From assembly GCA_964035575.1 (NCBI GenBank), contig OZ037845.1:930001-994000 (forward strand): a DNA stretch of 64,000 nt, written 5' to 3'. A model generated the notes under the pieces. That model worked only from the letters and a program-made list of their open reading frames with translations, was not told the DNA's origin and did no database searches. This document shows positions 47,330 through 58,277 of this stretch, piece after piece. Every line of letters starts with the position of its first letter. Position 1 is the first letter of the stretch. Source of the DNA: Rhynchopus sp. YZ270_cl-10. Lineage: Eukaryota. A program made the translations under genes and the position numbers.

Positions 47330-47920
47330 CATTGTGGTCTCACAACGAGTGCCGAGGTACGGTAACATGTCCGGATTGTCTCACAACCCCGTTTCGATCG
47401 AATTTGACGTGGGCACTATTCTCTTTAGGGGATGGCAGAGGGGTAAAGAACTATCACGCAACTATTCTGAACGTCCCTTTGTTCTCTTCCTTAAGATGGG
47501 AGAGCACAACAAACAACACCAAAGATCTTCTTTGGCAACAGCTATTTCGCACAGAGAAGGGACAAGTTGATATATAACTTAATAATAACAAAATGTGGCG
47601 TAGAACGGGAGAAGTGGGGGAGGGGGGTAAGGAAACACAAAGCATAAAAGAACCGGATTTGAAACATAAGAACTGAACCATAAACGGATGAACAATTGTG
47701 GAAGGATGGGCCGGCGGGGAATACTGTTGCCTGTAGTAGGCACGTGCTCTCTTGTAGAAGGATGAATATGAGAACTTCGTCACTCACCTCATTCACACCT
47801 CGAGTCAATACTCTTCGTGAGTGGGCTCTCTTCAGTCCTTTGCTTTCGTTGTCGGTAGAACTACGTGAGCAACTCCAAAAACAGGAACTAATCTGGCTCC
47901 GAATCCATTCGTTCACCTGA
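47330..47920 (+). pseudogene. Possible degenerate Penelope-like Cys linker plus GIY-YIG endonuclease remnant
   Basis: Frameshifted fragments CRGTVTCPDC, ITKCG...ETQSIK..KH, ACSRHVLSC, LREQLQKQELIWL appear in the expected order. Confidence 0.3.
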
Positions 47921-48985
47921 TAAGAGTTGGATGTACTCGTGAAGTACTGAGAAAAACGCGCCGTATCTGTGCCCAACCATGCCTTTTGAGAATAATGTCT
48001 TTGACACGGGATACGTATTGCAACCTACTACTTGAAGCAGTTGGGTAGGAAGCAGAAAAATGAAGAGGGGCTCGGTGGGGCTATCATAACTGTCATTGCA
48101 ACCTTGAAGGAGTATAGGCTGTCGACCCTTCTTATTGTTGAATCAAAAGCAAACCTCCAATACACTCTTTTTCAATCTAATAAAAAGAGTCGCAAAGAAA
48201 AAGGGGGAAAAGAACAATTGTTTGAATAGTGTAGCATGTCACCATCTCTACTCGTCTCACCATAAGAAAACACCTCTCCGCTTGAGATGGAAAATAAAGA
48301 ACAAAAACTTGACACATAACTGACTGCACACCATTTCCAAAACAACACGACGTCTTCCGAAACAAGGCATTTGGCAATGTTAAAAACCGGGCGATAGCAA
48401 AGAAAAGAGTTGGCTGCCAAAAATATACCAGAAGGGGGGAAAGGCGGAGTTGACTTTACACCTTGGATACAGGCGGGCTTGCTCCAAACTTGGTACTTCT
48501 CTGTCAAAAAGAGTCCAGACCAGACGTATCCTCGCCATCACTCAGGAGAAAGCGCAAAAAAGATGTTCGAATACTGCACAATTCATTCATTAGAACAGTG
48601 TAGTTACGTATATAAAGTCAAAACAAACACCAATTCAACACTCCTGGTTTAAACTGTGGCAAAATGACAGGGGGGAGGGGAATCAGGATACTTATTTACA
48701 GCTTCCCAGTGGCGCTACTCACCAGGGAACACTGAACCTTGTCCACCACCACCCCACTCTCGCTCAAGTGACTTCAGATCAAAACAGATCAGTGGTCCCC
48801 GGAATAAGGGTAAAAAAAAAAGTGCGGTATAAAAAAAAGGTGCCACACAACCGTATTTTACGGTAAAATAAAAGTTAAAAAAACTGGAAATATCAAATGC
48901 CACACGCCTACACATCTCAATGAAGTGCCATAGCAGGACCCCTTCCCTGCGCAATAATACCCCCTTTCCCTCCACCCTGCTCGGC

Positions 48986-50620
48986 CTACAGTACATCCAC
49001 CATGTAAACATTCCCGTAGACATCTCCCATTGCGACGGACTTGCACCCGGCATCCATCCTCATCACAACTCCTTTTGTCGGGAGCTGCGAATGTTCTTCA
49101 CCTGTATCCTGTTCGAGGAAGACAACCGACTTATCAGAACGGGCAACCATCACTAGTGAGCCAGGTGCGCATATTGCGCACGTATTGCGAAGAATCCGAA
49201 CAGGAGGCTGTGTGAGAATAGGTGCGGGTGGTGCAGAAGTCGGTGACGGGATGGCAGACATGACAGGTGGAAGAATATTAGCGCGTGAACGAGGCGACGA
49301 AGATGAGGGGGACGGACCTGGAGTTGAGTCCTCTGTATGCTTGCTCGCTGGCGAATGGAGAGGCGCAGGCGCGCGAAGTGGTGCTGGTGCGGGTCGCGCC
49401 TGAGAGGGGCTGTTCTCAGTCGTACGCGACCAGACCTTCTCCCATGTTTTGGTGTCCCACATCGCTACTTCCTTCTCATCAGCACTCATCAACCTCTGCC
49501 CGCAAGGTGCGTAATGCAATCCTCTCACCGACGAGACGTGAGCTTGTATATTATGCACGGTCTCCACGCTACGTGTATTGATTACAGAAACCATTCCATT
49601 TTGAAAACCACATATCACAAAATTGCTATCATTTGAAAACCCCAACGAAGTAATACAATGCTCTTCGCAGGCATGCCTGGCGACGAGTTTGCACTGGGAG
49701 TCGTAGAGCAGCAGAATGCCCACCGTTTCGGCGTCTTCATATGCAGCCTCGGCACCGACTGCAATGCGCTTTGCGTCTGGAGAGAATTTAACAAGAGACA
49801 TCCTGATCTCGCCGTTGTCCTCTGTGAAGGATGCAGTGCGTTTCACACGAAAGGTGTTCATATCCCAAAGGAAGAGCTTCTCCATGCGGTGCACGGAGGC
49901 GAGCGCCGTTCCGTCAATAGTAAACGAAGCGTCGTAGGCGGAGTCAAAGCAGTCGCGTCGCCTCCCGTCAAGTGTCCCGCACTGCTCGTCCCGTGTGACA
50001 TCAAGCACCCTTGCTTCTGAGGGACCTAATGCTGTATCTGTCGTGACAAGAAGCCAGTCGTTGGAAGCAAGGCTTACAACTTTTACAGGCTTTGCGTGAC
50101 CCTTCACAAACCTAGAGGTTATCCGCCTTGAACGTGCGTTGCGGGACATCGAGGTGAGGATGTTGAGCATGTCTGTTTGTGTAGCATTCTCTATTGACTG
50201 TGTCTGACCCTTGTCCACGGACATACCCACAACCCCAAAATCGGTAATTATAGTAACCTGCTCATGAGGGCCAGGCAACACGGGTGGGAGCGTGACTATG
50301 CTCCTCTTTCCGTGAATCAATTCAAAGAGCTCCATCAACTTGGCAGGGTGGCGGTCTTCGGCATCTTGGAGTATCTCGCAGTATTTGATTCCCTTCCGCA
50401 AGCGTGAGCACAGGCGTGAGGTGGTGTGTTTGGACTCGAACATATCTTTCCCTTTCCCGGAGGTTGTGATCTGGTTTGTGTCGTTCCAGCTCTTTGAGCT
50501 ATCAGGCGACTTCAACACTGCCTGTATGTCCTCGTTCGCAACCGGCCGGTCGTCAACTTGTATCTCCTTGTAGATATCCTCTCTCTCCCCTGCTTTGTCA
50601 GCACTCGCCCCACACCCCAT
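48986..50620 (-). CDS. WD40-repeat protein with N-terminal myristoylation/palmitoylation signal
   Basis: MGCGAS start; WD repeats (LFLWD, FSPD, AHVSSVRGL..VAMWD); 544 aa. Confidence 0.85.
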   Translation of the reverse strand: MGCGASADKAGEREDIYKEIQVDDRPVANEDIQAVLKSPDSSKSWNDTNQITTSGKGKDMFESKHTTSRLCSRLRKGIKYCEILQDAEDRHPAKLMELFELIHGKRSIVTLPPVLPGPHEQVTIITDFGVVGMSVDKGQTQSIENATQTDMLNILTSMSRNARSRRITSRFVKGHAKPVKVVSLASNDWLLVTTDTALGPSEARVLDVTRDEQCGTLDGRRRDCFDSAYDASFTIDGTALASVHRMEKLFLWDMNTFRVKRTASFTEDNGEIRMSLVKFSPDAKRIAVGAEAAYEDAETVGILLLYDSQCKLVARHACEEHCITSLGFSNDSNFVICGFQNGMVSVINTRSVETVHNIQAHVSSVRGLHYAPCGQRLMSADEKEVAMWDTKTWEKVWSRTTENSPSQARPAPAPLRAPAPLHSPASKHTEDSTPGPSPSSSSPRSRANILPPVMSAIPSPTSAPPAPILTQPPVRILRNTCAICAPGSLVMVARSDKSVVFLEQDTGEEHSQLPTKGVVMRMDAGCKSVAMGDVYGNVYMVDVL

Positions 50621-50833
50621 CTTGGCCTGCTACAAACAAGGGGTGAGTGGAATATGTAGTATGCAAATCAAACGAACATACGGAAGGGGGTTCTTCCTGT
50701 GGTGTGTAAAGTGGAAAAAAAGGGAGGGGGCGTTGGGGTGGGATGGGTTTGTTGGGGGGTAGGGGGTTGTAACGTGTAAGGGCTGAAAAACCAACGTGTT
50801 TACACAAAACACAACAAAACCAGTTGTTTGGGT

Positions 50834-51430
50834 GGGTCGGGTAGAAACCGACCTCGTCGGGTCACAAAGCTACATCCCACCCCCCTTGGCCCTCGGGATT
50901 CACTTTCGGGAGGTCAGGGCCCCCTCGGGCTCTGGCGTGAGTGCGGGAAATAGCCAATGCCCACGTGCCACCAAGTCAAAAACCCAAAAAAAAAAAAAAA
51001 AAAAAAAAACCACCCTGGTGTTCCCGAAAGGGCCCATATTGACATGTCCTTGACACAAGGTTTACAGGGGAAAATGACACACCCCCCCTATATTGACATG
51101 TCCTTGACATGTCGTTGACATGTCCCCGACAGCAGATCGGTAACACCACACCCCTTTTTAGGTGGTTTTTCAGCCCAGAAACCTGTTCTTTGGGCACATA
51201 CCCAGGTATGTGGGCTGGGAAAAGCGTATTCGCGGCCTAAAAAGCATGCGTGGGCCACACACTCAGGTGCACACGTGCCATAGCATAGCATGCAAGCTGC
51301 GCGAATACACAAAAACCCACAAAAGTGGTCGGGTTCGGAAAACGACCTGGTCGGGTCACAAAGCTGCATCCCTCGGACCTTGGCCCATAGGCGTCTCGGG
51401 CGGGAAAGGAAAGCTAGTGCGTGACAACAC
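50834..51430. repeat. Diverged direct repeat (~50834-50900 and ~51327-51392) plus TTGACATGTC repeats, leading into the satellite
   Basis: GGTCGGGT...CGACCT.GTCGGGTCACAAAGCT.CATCCC...CCTTGGCCC occurs twice. Confidence 0.7.
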
Positions 51431-51443
51431 TCAGGATTCCCTC

Positions 51444-53581
51444 GAAAACGCAACAGAACGCATCCCTTGAAAACGCAAGCACCCCTCTAAAACGCAAGTC
51501 TCCCTTGAAAACCCAAGCATCCCTTGAAAACGCAACAGAACGCATCCCCTGAAAACGCAAGCATCCCTCTAAAACGCAAGCATCCCTCTAAAACGCAAGC
51601 ATCCCTTGAAAACGCAAGCACCCCTCTAAAACGCAAGCATCCCTTCAAAACGCAAGCATCCCCTGAAAACGCAAGCATCCCTCTAAAACGCAAGCACCCC
51701 TCTAAAACGCAAGCATCCCCTGAAAACGCAAGCATCCCTTGATAACGCAACAGAACGCAACAGAACGCATCCCTCTAAAACGCAAGCATCCCCTGAAAAC
51801 GCAAGCATCCCTTGATAACGCAACAGAACGCAACAGAACGCATCCCTCTAAAACGCAAGCATCCCTTGAAAACGCAAGCATCCCTCTAAAACGCAAGCAT
51901 CCCCTGAAAACGCAAGCATCCCTTGATAACGCAACAGAACGCAACAGAACGCATCCCTCTAAAACGCAAGCCTCCCTTGAAAACGCAAGCATCCCTCTAA
52001 AACGCAAGCATCCCTTCAAAACGCAAGCATCCCCTGAAAACGCAAGCATCCCCTGAAAACGCAAGCATCCCTTGATAACGCAACAGAACGCAACAGAACG
52101 CATCCCTCTAAAACGCAAGCCTCCCTTGAAAACGCAAGCATCCTTCTAAAACGCAAGCATCCCTCTAAAACGCAAGCATCCCTCTAAAACGCAAGCATCC
52201 CCTGAAAACGCAAGCATCCCTTGATAACGCAACAGAACGCAACAGAACGCATCCCTCTAAAACGCAAGCCTCCCTTGAAAACGCAAGCACCCCTCTAAAA
52301 CGCAAGCATCCCTTCAAAACGCAAGCATCCCCTGAAAACGCAAGCATCCCTCTAAAACGCAAGCACCCCTCTAAAACGCAAGCATCCCTTCAAAACGCAA
52401 GCATCCCCTGAAAACGCAAGCATCCCTTGATAACGCAACAGAACGCAACAGAACGCATCCCTCTAAAACGCAAGCATCCCTTGAAAACGCAAGCACCCCT
52501 CTAAAACGCAAGCATCCCTTCAAAACGCAAGCATCCCCTGAAAACGCAAGCATCCCTCTAAAACGCAAGCACCCCTCTAAAACGCAAGCATCCCCTGAAA
52601 ACGCAAGCATCCCCTGAAAACGCAAGCATCCCTCTAAAACGCAAGCATCCCTCTAAAACGCAAGCATCCCTCTAAAACGCAAGCATCCCTCTAAAACGCA
52701 AGCATCCCCTGAAAACGCAAGCATCCCTCTAAAACGCAAGCATCCCTCTAAAACGCAAGCATCCCTCTAAAACGCAAGCATCCCTCTAAAACGCAAGCAT
52801 CCCTCTAAAACGCAAGCATCCCTCTAAAACGCAAGCATCCCTCTAAAACGCAAGCATCCCTCTAAAACCCAAGCATCCCTCTAAAACGCAAGCATCCCTC
52901 TAAAACGCAAGCATCCCTCTAAAACGCAAGCATCCTTCTAAAACGCAAGCATCCCTCTAAAACGCAAGCATCCCTCTAAAACGCAAGCATCCTTCTAAAA
53001 CGCAAGCATCCCTCTAAAACGCAAGCATCCCTCTAAAACGCAAGCATCCTTCTAAAACGCAAGCATCCCTCTAAAACGCAAGCATCCTTCTAAAACGCAA
53101 GCATCCCTCTAAAACGCAAGCATCCCTCTAAAACGCAAGCATCCCTCTAAAACGCAAGCATCCCTCTAAAACGCAAGCATCCCTCTAAAACGCAAGCATC
53201 CTTCTAAAACGCAAGCATCCCTCTAAAACCCAAGCATCCCTCTAAAACGCAAGCATCCCTCTAAAACGCAAGCATCCCTCTAAAACGCAAGCATCCTTCT
53301 AAAACGCAAGCATCCCTCTAAAACGCAAGCATCCCTCTAAAACGCAAGCATCCTTCTAAAACGCAAGCATCCCTCTAAAACGCAAGCATCCCTCTAAAAC
53401 GCAAGCATCCTTCTAAAACGCAAGCATCCCTCTAAAACGCAAGCATCCTTCTAAAACGCAAGCATCCCTCTAAAACGCAAGCATCCCTCTAAAACGCAAG
53501 CATCCCTCTAAAACGCAAGCATCCTTCTAAAACGCAAGCATCCCTCTAAAACGCAAGCATCCTTCTAAAACGCAAGCATCC
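51444..53581. repeat. 19-bp minisatellite (AAAACGCAAGCATCCCTCT)n, ~110 units
   Basis: Directly visible tandem array; variant-rich proximal half, near-homogeneous distal half. Confidence 0.98.
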
Positions 53582-53637
53582 TAGTAGTATAAGAAAGGGA
53601 GAGATGGGCGCAGGAGTGTATATATGGTATAAATATA

Positions 53638-54266
53638 CAGTCCAAGTTTCTATTATGTCGTTTTTAATTATGTCGGTTTACCCCCCTTCCGACACCCAAA
53701 AAACGACATTATTAAAACCGCCAAAATCAAGAGCGCCATTAATCGCTCCATCGTACCGTGGCTCGCTTCGCGAGTCACAACCACACAAACACATACATTC
53801 CTCCCACTAAACAATACCCAGTTTCATAACCTAAACATACACTAATGGTCGCTCAACTGTTTTCGCAGGAGGTTGCAAGTGCAACGGCGGAGGCCAACAT
53901 CACCCCTTCAACCGCCGTGAAGGCATCCCTGTCCAATGAGGACATTCGTACGCTCACTGACATGGCGAGAACGACTTCGGCTGCCAGAGCTACGAGGACT
54001 TGGAACTTGGAATATTTTTTCCACACCCACACCCACGCCGCGCCCACTCCCACCCACTCACTCACACTCACTCACACTTACACCCACTCCCACTCCAAAT
54101 GTAGCATACCGTTTGGCCGGGGGCTCCGCCCCCGGCCAAACTGAAAATAAATAAATAAATAAAGCCCAAAAATCGAAAATCGGTCATTTTTTTCGATTCC
54201 GACACACAAAAAACGACATCATTAAAACCGACCTAAATAAAGACGACATAATTACCGCGTGCACTG
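53638..54266. mobile_element. Tc1/mariner/pogo-like MITE
   Basis: TA|CAGT...ACTG|TA; imperfect ~42-bp TIR with ATTATGTCGT..T and GTCGGTTT; internal hairpin at 54111-54141. Confidence 0.7.
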
Positions 54267-54608
54267 TACCATATCTGATTGTTTCATATTCATATTAATT
54301 TGGATGGGTTTCTGTCATACCTACTGCCTTGTCCCTAAGGTGTATTGTCAGCTGTTCGTGTATAGCTGTGCGCAGAAATGTATATATAGTATCACGATAC
54401 TATATCTGATTATTTTCATGTTCATATTGATTTTGATGGGTTTCTTCAGCGAGTGCGACAGCTGATGTCCATACCCCGGGACTGAGTAGGCTGACACCTC
54501 GACTGGACGCAGGCCTCGAACAAGTGAGAAGGAATACATACCTATTGGTATGTATGACAGTGTATAGATGATGCTGCAGCAAAGCCTCCGTGTAGAAGTT
54601 GGTTGAGA

Positions 54609-55062
54609 AGTAGTGCAAAAAGTAGTGCAAAAAGTAGTGCAAAAAGTAGTGCAAAAAGTAGTGCAAAAAGTAGTGCAAAAAGTAGTGCAAAAAGTAGTGC
54701 AAAAAGTAGTGCAAAAAGTAGTGCAAAAAGTAGTGCAAAAAGTAGTGCAAAAAGTAGTGCAAAAAGTAGTGCAAAAAGTAGTGCAAAAAGTAGTGCAAAA
54801 AGTAGTGCAAAAAGTAGTGCAAAAAGTAGTGCAAAAAGTAGTGCAAAAAGTAGTGCAAAAAGTAGTGCAAAAAGTAGTGCAAAAAGTAGTGCAAAAAGTA
54901 GTGCAAAAAGTAGTGCAAAAAGTAGTGCAAAAAGTAGTGCAAAAAGTAGTGCAAAAAGTAGTGCAAAAAGTAGTGCAAAAAGTAGTGCAAAAAGTAGTGC
55001 AAAAAGTAGTGCAAAAAGTAGTGCAAAAAGTAGTGCAAAAAGTAGTGCAAAAAGTAGTGCAA
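54609..55062. repeat. 12-bp tandem repeat (AAGTAGTGCAAA)n, ~38 units, with inverted copies at 55095-55147
   Basis: Directly visible. Confidence 0.98.
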
Positions 55063-55770
55063 TAGTGCAGAGTATGATATTGGTAAGTACACCCCTACTT
55101 TTTGCACTACTTTTTGCACTTTCACACTACTTTTCACACTACTTTCCGACTTACTTTGACAACTAGGTTATCTTCCTCCAGGAAGTCCACACAGCGAATG
55201 ATCCTTCAAGTTTCACTCGAATCCATTGTCACCAGTCTCAATAGACACAACGTCCTGTACCCGTGCTGTCGAATTGCTGATAGTAGGACTATGCAGACTC
55301 TTATTCGTAAGGAGGAAGTTTTGGGTGAGACCAAAGTCCGATGGAGCATTCACGTTGTTGATACACACATACACATAGATCTCAGGGGTGTCCAAGTTCG
55401 AGTCAAAGTCGAATGATGATGGATTGTTTATGGTTGTCGTGTGTGGTGTGTTACTGTTTACAGGATTGGGTAGAATCGTGGTTTTGACAAAGAAGCTGTT
55501 AGTGATGCCTAAGTCAGATGGTGCATTAGAGTTATTGGCACAGACGTAGACATAGATCATGGCTGTGTCACTTAGGTGACCTAAGTTTTTTTAAAAAAAA
55601 AAACTTAAGTCACCTAAGTTACCTTAGGTCATCGTTTTTTTTTTTTTTTTTGCTTGGGTGGTGAAGCTGCAGGTGGTCTGAAGAGTGATGTGACCGTATT
55701 CTCTAGGTATAACAGTTACTCAAAAAATGAATTGACGAAGGAATTTTGCACTTTGACCACCATAGATTAC

Positions 55771-56765
55771 ATACTGTGTACTGTGTACTGTGTACTGTGT
55801 ACTGTGTACTGTGTACTGTGTACTGTGTACTGTGTACTGTGTACTGTGTACTGTGTACTGTGTACTGTGTACTGTGTACTGTGTACTGTGTACTGTGTAC
55901 TGTGTACTGTGTACTGTGTACTGTGTACTGTGTACTGTGTACTGTGTACTGTGTACTGTGTACTGTGTACTGTGTACTGTGTACTGTGTACTGTGTACTG
56001 TGTACTGTGTACTGTGTACTGTGTACTGTGTACTGTGTACTGTGTACTGTGTACTGTGTACTGTGTACTGTGTACTGTGTACTGTGTACTGTGTACTGTG
56101 TACTGTGTACTGTGTACTGTGTACTGTGTACTGTGTACTGTGTACTGTGTACTGTGTACTGTGTACTGTGTACTGTGTACTGTGTACTGTGTACTGTGTA
56201 CTGTGTACTGTGTACTGTGTACTGTGTACTGTGTACTGTGTACTGTGTACTGTGTACTGTGTACTGTGTACTGTGTACTGTGTACTGTGTACTGTGTACT
56301 GTGTACTGTGTACTGTGTACTGTGTACTGTGTACTGTGTACTGTGTACTGTGTACTGTGTACTGTGTACTGTGTACTGTGTACTGTGTACTGTGTACTGT
56401 GTACTGTGTACTGTGTACTGTGTACTGTGTACTGTGTACTGTGTACTGTGTACTGTGTACTGTGTACTGTGTACTGTGTACTGTGTACTGTGTACTGTGT
56501 ACTGTGTACTGTGTACTGTGTACTGTGTACTGTGTACTGTGTACTGTGTACTGTGTACTGTGTACTGTGTACTGTGTACTGTGTACTGTGTACTGTGTAC
56601 TGTGTACTGTGTACTGTGTACTGTGTACTGTGTACTGTGTACTGTGTACTGTGTACTGTGTACTGTGTACTGTGTACTGTGTACTGTGTACTGTGTACTG
56701 TGTACTGTGTACTGTGTACTGTGTACTGTGTACTGTGTACTGTGTACTGTGTACTGTGTACTGTG
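55771..56765. repeat. 7-bp microsatellite (GTACTGT)n, ~140 units
   Basis: Directly visible; the adjoining 56760-56870 matches ~46175-46273. Confidence 0.98.
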
Positions 56766-57477
56766 CGGAAATTGACCAAAAACAAGAACTTGTCCATTTC
56801 GGCAAATTGACCCCACCACTGGCCGGACGGATTCCGGAAATGCAAATGCCGGCCTTTAAAAGCTTCACCAGGCATCCGCCCCCTTCAGTGATGTTCATCG
56901 CCCACACGGTGCGGTCTGTCGTGCTTGGAGTGTGTAAATAACGGACTTACCCCCTGAGTCCGACAGTCGGACCCCCTGAGTCCGACAGACGGACTCAGGG
57001 GTCCGTCTGTCGGACTCTGGAGTCCGACAGACGGACTCTGGAGTCCGACTGTCGGACTCTGGGGTCCGACAGTCGGACCCAAAAAAAAAATTTTTTTTTT
57101 TTTTTGGGCCGAAAAAAAAAATTTTTTTTTTGGCCAAAAAAATTTTTTTGGCCGAAAATCGCCTTGTATAGCCACTACAGTACACATGGTTTTACCAAAA
57201 TAGCCGTATTTTGGCTGAAAATTTGACTTGAAAATTTTTTTCATTGTTTGGTCAATCTGAGGTTTTCTTTGAATTTTTTGGGCCATTTTATGACCTACTA
57301 CACCCAATTTTTGGGGGATTTTTTTTTTCTTGGTCAAAAAATAGCGCTTGTTGCCTACTACTGGGTATAGGCTTGTTCAGAGGTGTGTATTTGGTGTACC
57401 CAGACATGGTCAAAACACATGAATTTTGCGTTTTTTTGCATTTTTAGGTTCTCGACCAACCAGGGGGCGACCAATTT

Positions 57478-57868
57478 GGGTACTGGGTACTGGGTACTGG
57501 GTACTGGGTACTGGGTACTGGGTACTGGGTACTGGGTACTGGGTACTGGGTACTGGGTACTGGGTACTGGGTACTGGGTACTGGGTACTGGGTACTGGGT
57601 ACTGGGTACTGGGTACTGGGTACTGGGTACTGGGTACTGGGTACTGGGTACTGGGTACTGGGTACTGGGTACTGGGTACTGGGTACTGGGTACTGGGTAC
57701 TGGGTACTGGGTACTGGGTACTGGGTACTGGGTACTGGGTACTGGGTACTGGGTACTGGGTACTGGGTACTGGGTACTGGGTACTGGGTACTGGGTACTG
57801 GGTACTGGGTACTGGGTACTGGGTACTGGGTACTGGGTACTGGGTACTGGGTACTGGGTACTGGGTAC
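57478..57868. repeat. 7-bp microsatellite (GTACTGG)n, ~56 units
   Basis: Directly visible. Confidence 0.98.
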
Positions 57869-58277
57869 CAAGAGAAGGCAGCTTGACAGCAGCGAAGGCG
57901 GAGGCTACGGGGAAGACAAGGTATGTAAATGTTTAACTTTCAGTTACTTGTGTAGATGCAAACAACACACCCAGTGGTTTGCAGCATTTTATTTTCTTGT
58001 GTGCTTTCTCTTCTTTGAATCGAAAGTATGTGAACCTTATTACATCATGATACAATGCAACGAGGCCGAAACAGCCTCACTAAGGCCTCTGAAAATAAAT
58101 GTTCAGACTTGGCACTTACTTATGTTTAGGTGCGCCTCAACCACACGCTTGAATATATTTAATTTGCCACACCTCAGATAGATTTTCCAGATATGCCTAT
58201 GTTCAGGTGTTCCAGGCCTCGTCACAAATAGACAAAAAAACAAAAGCCAAAACAACAGAGAGAGAGCCAACAATTTT

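Noticed and set aside
51444..53581. CRISPR-like array
   Set aside because: Repeats are contiguous, without unique spacers; no cas genes; eukaryotic context.
55659..56870. TGGTGAAGCT...AGCTTCACCA as TIRs of a separate array-bearing element
   Set aside because: Only 10 bp, no convincing TSD, and the left copy is also explained as part of the outer TIR. Left open because the right boundary recurs at 46273.
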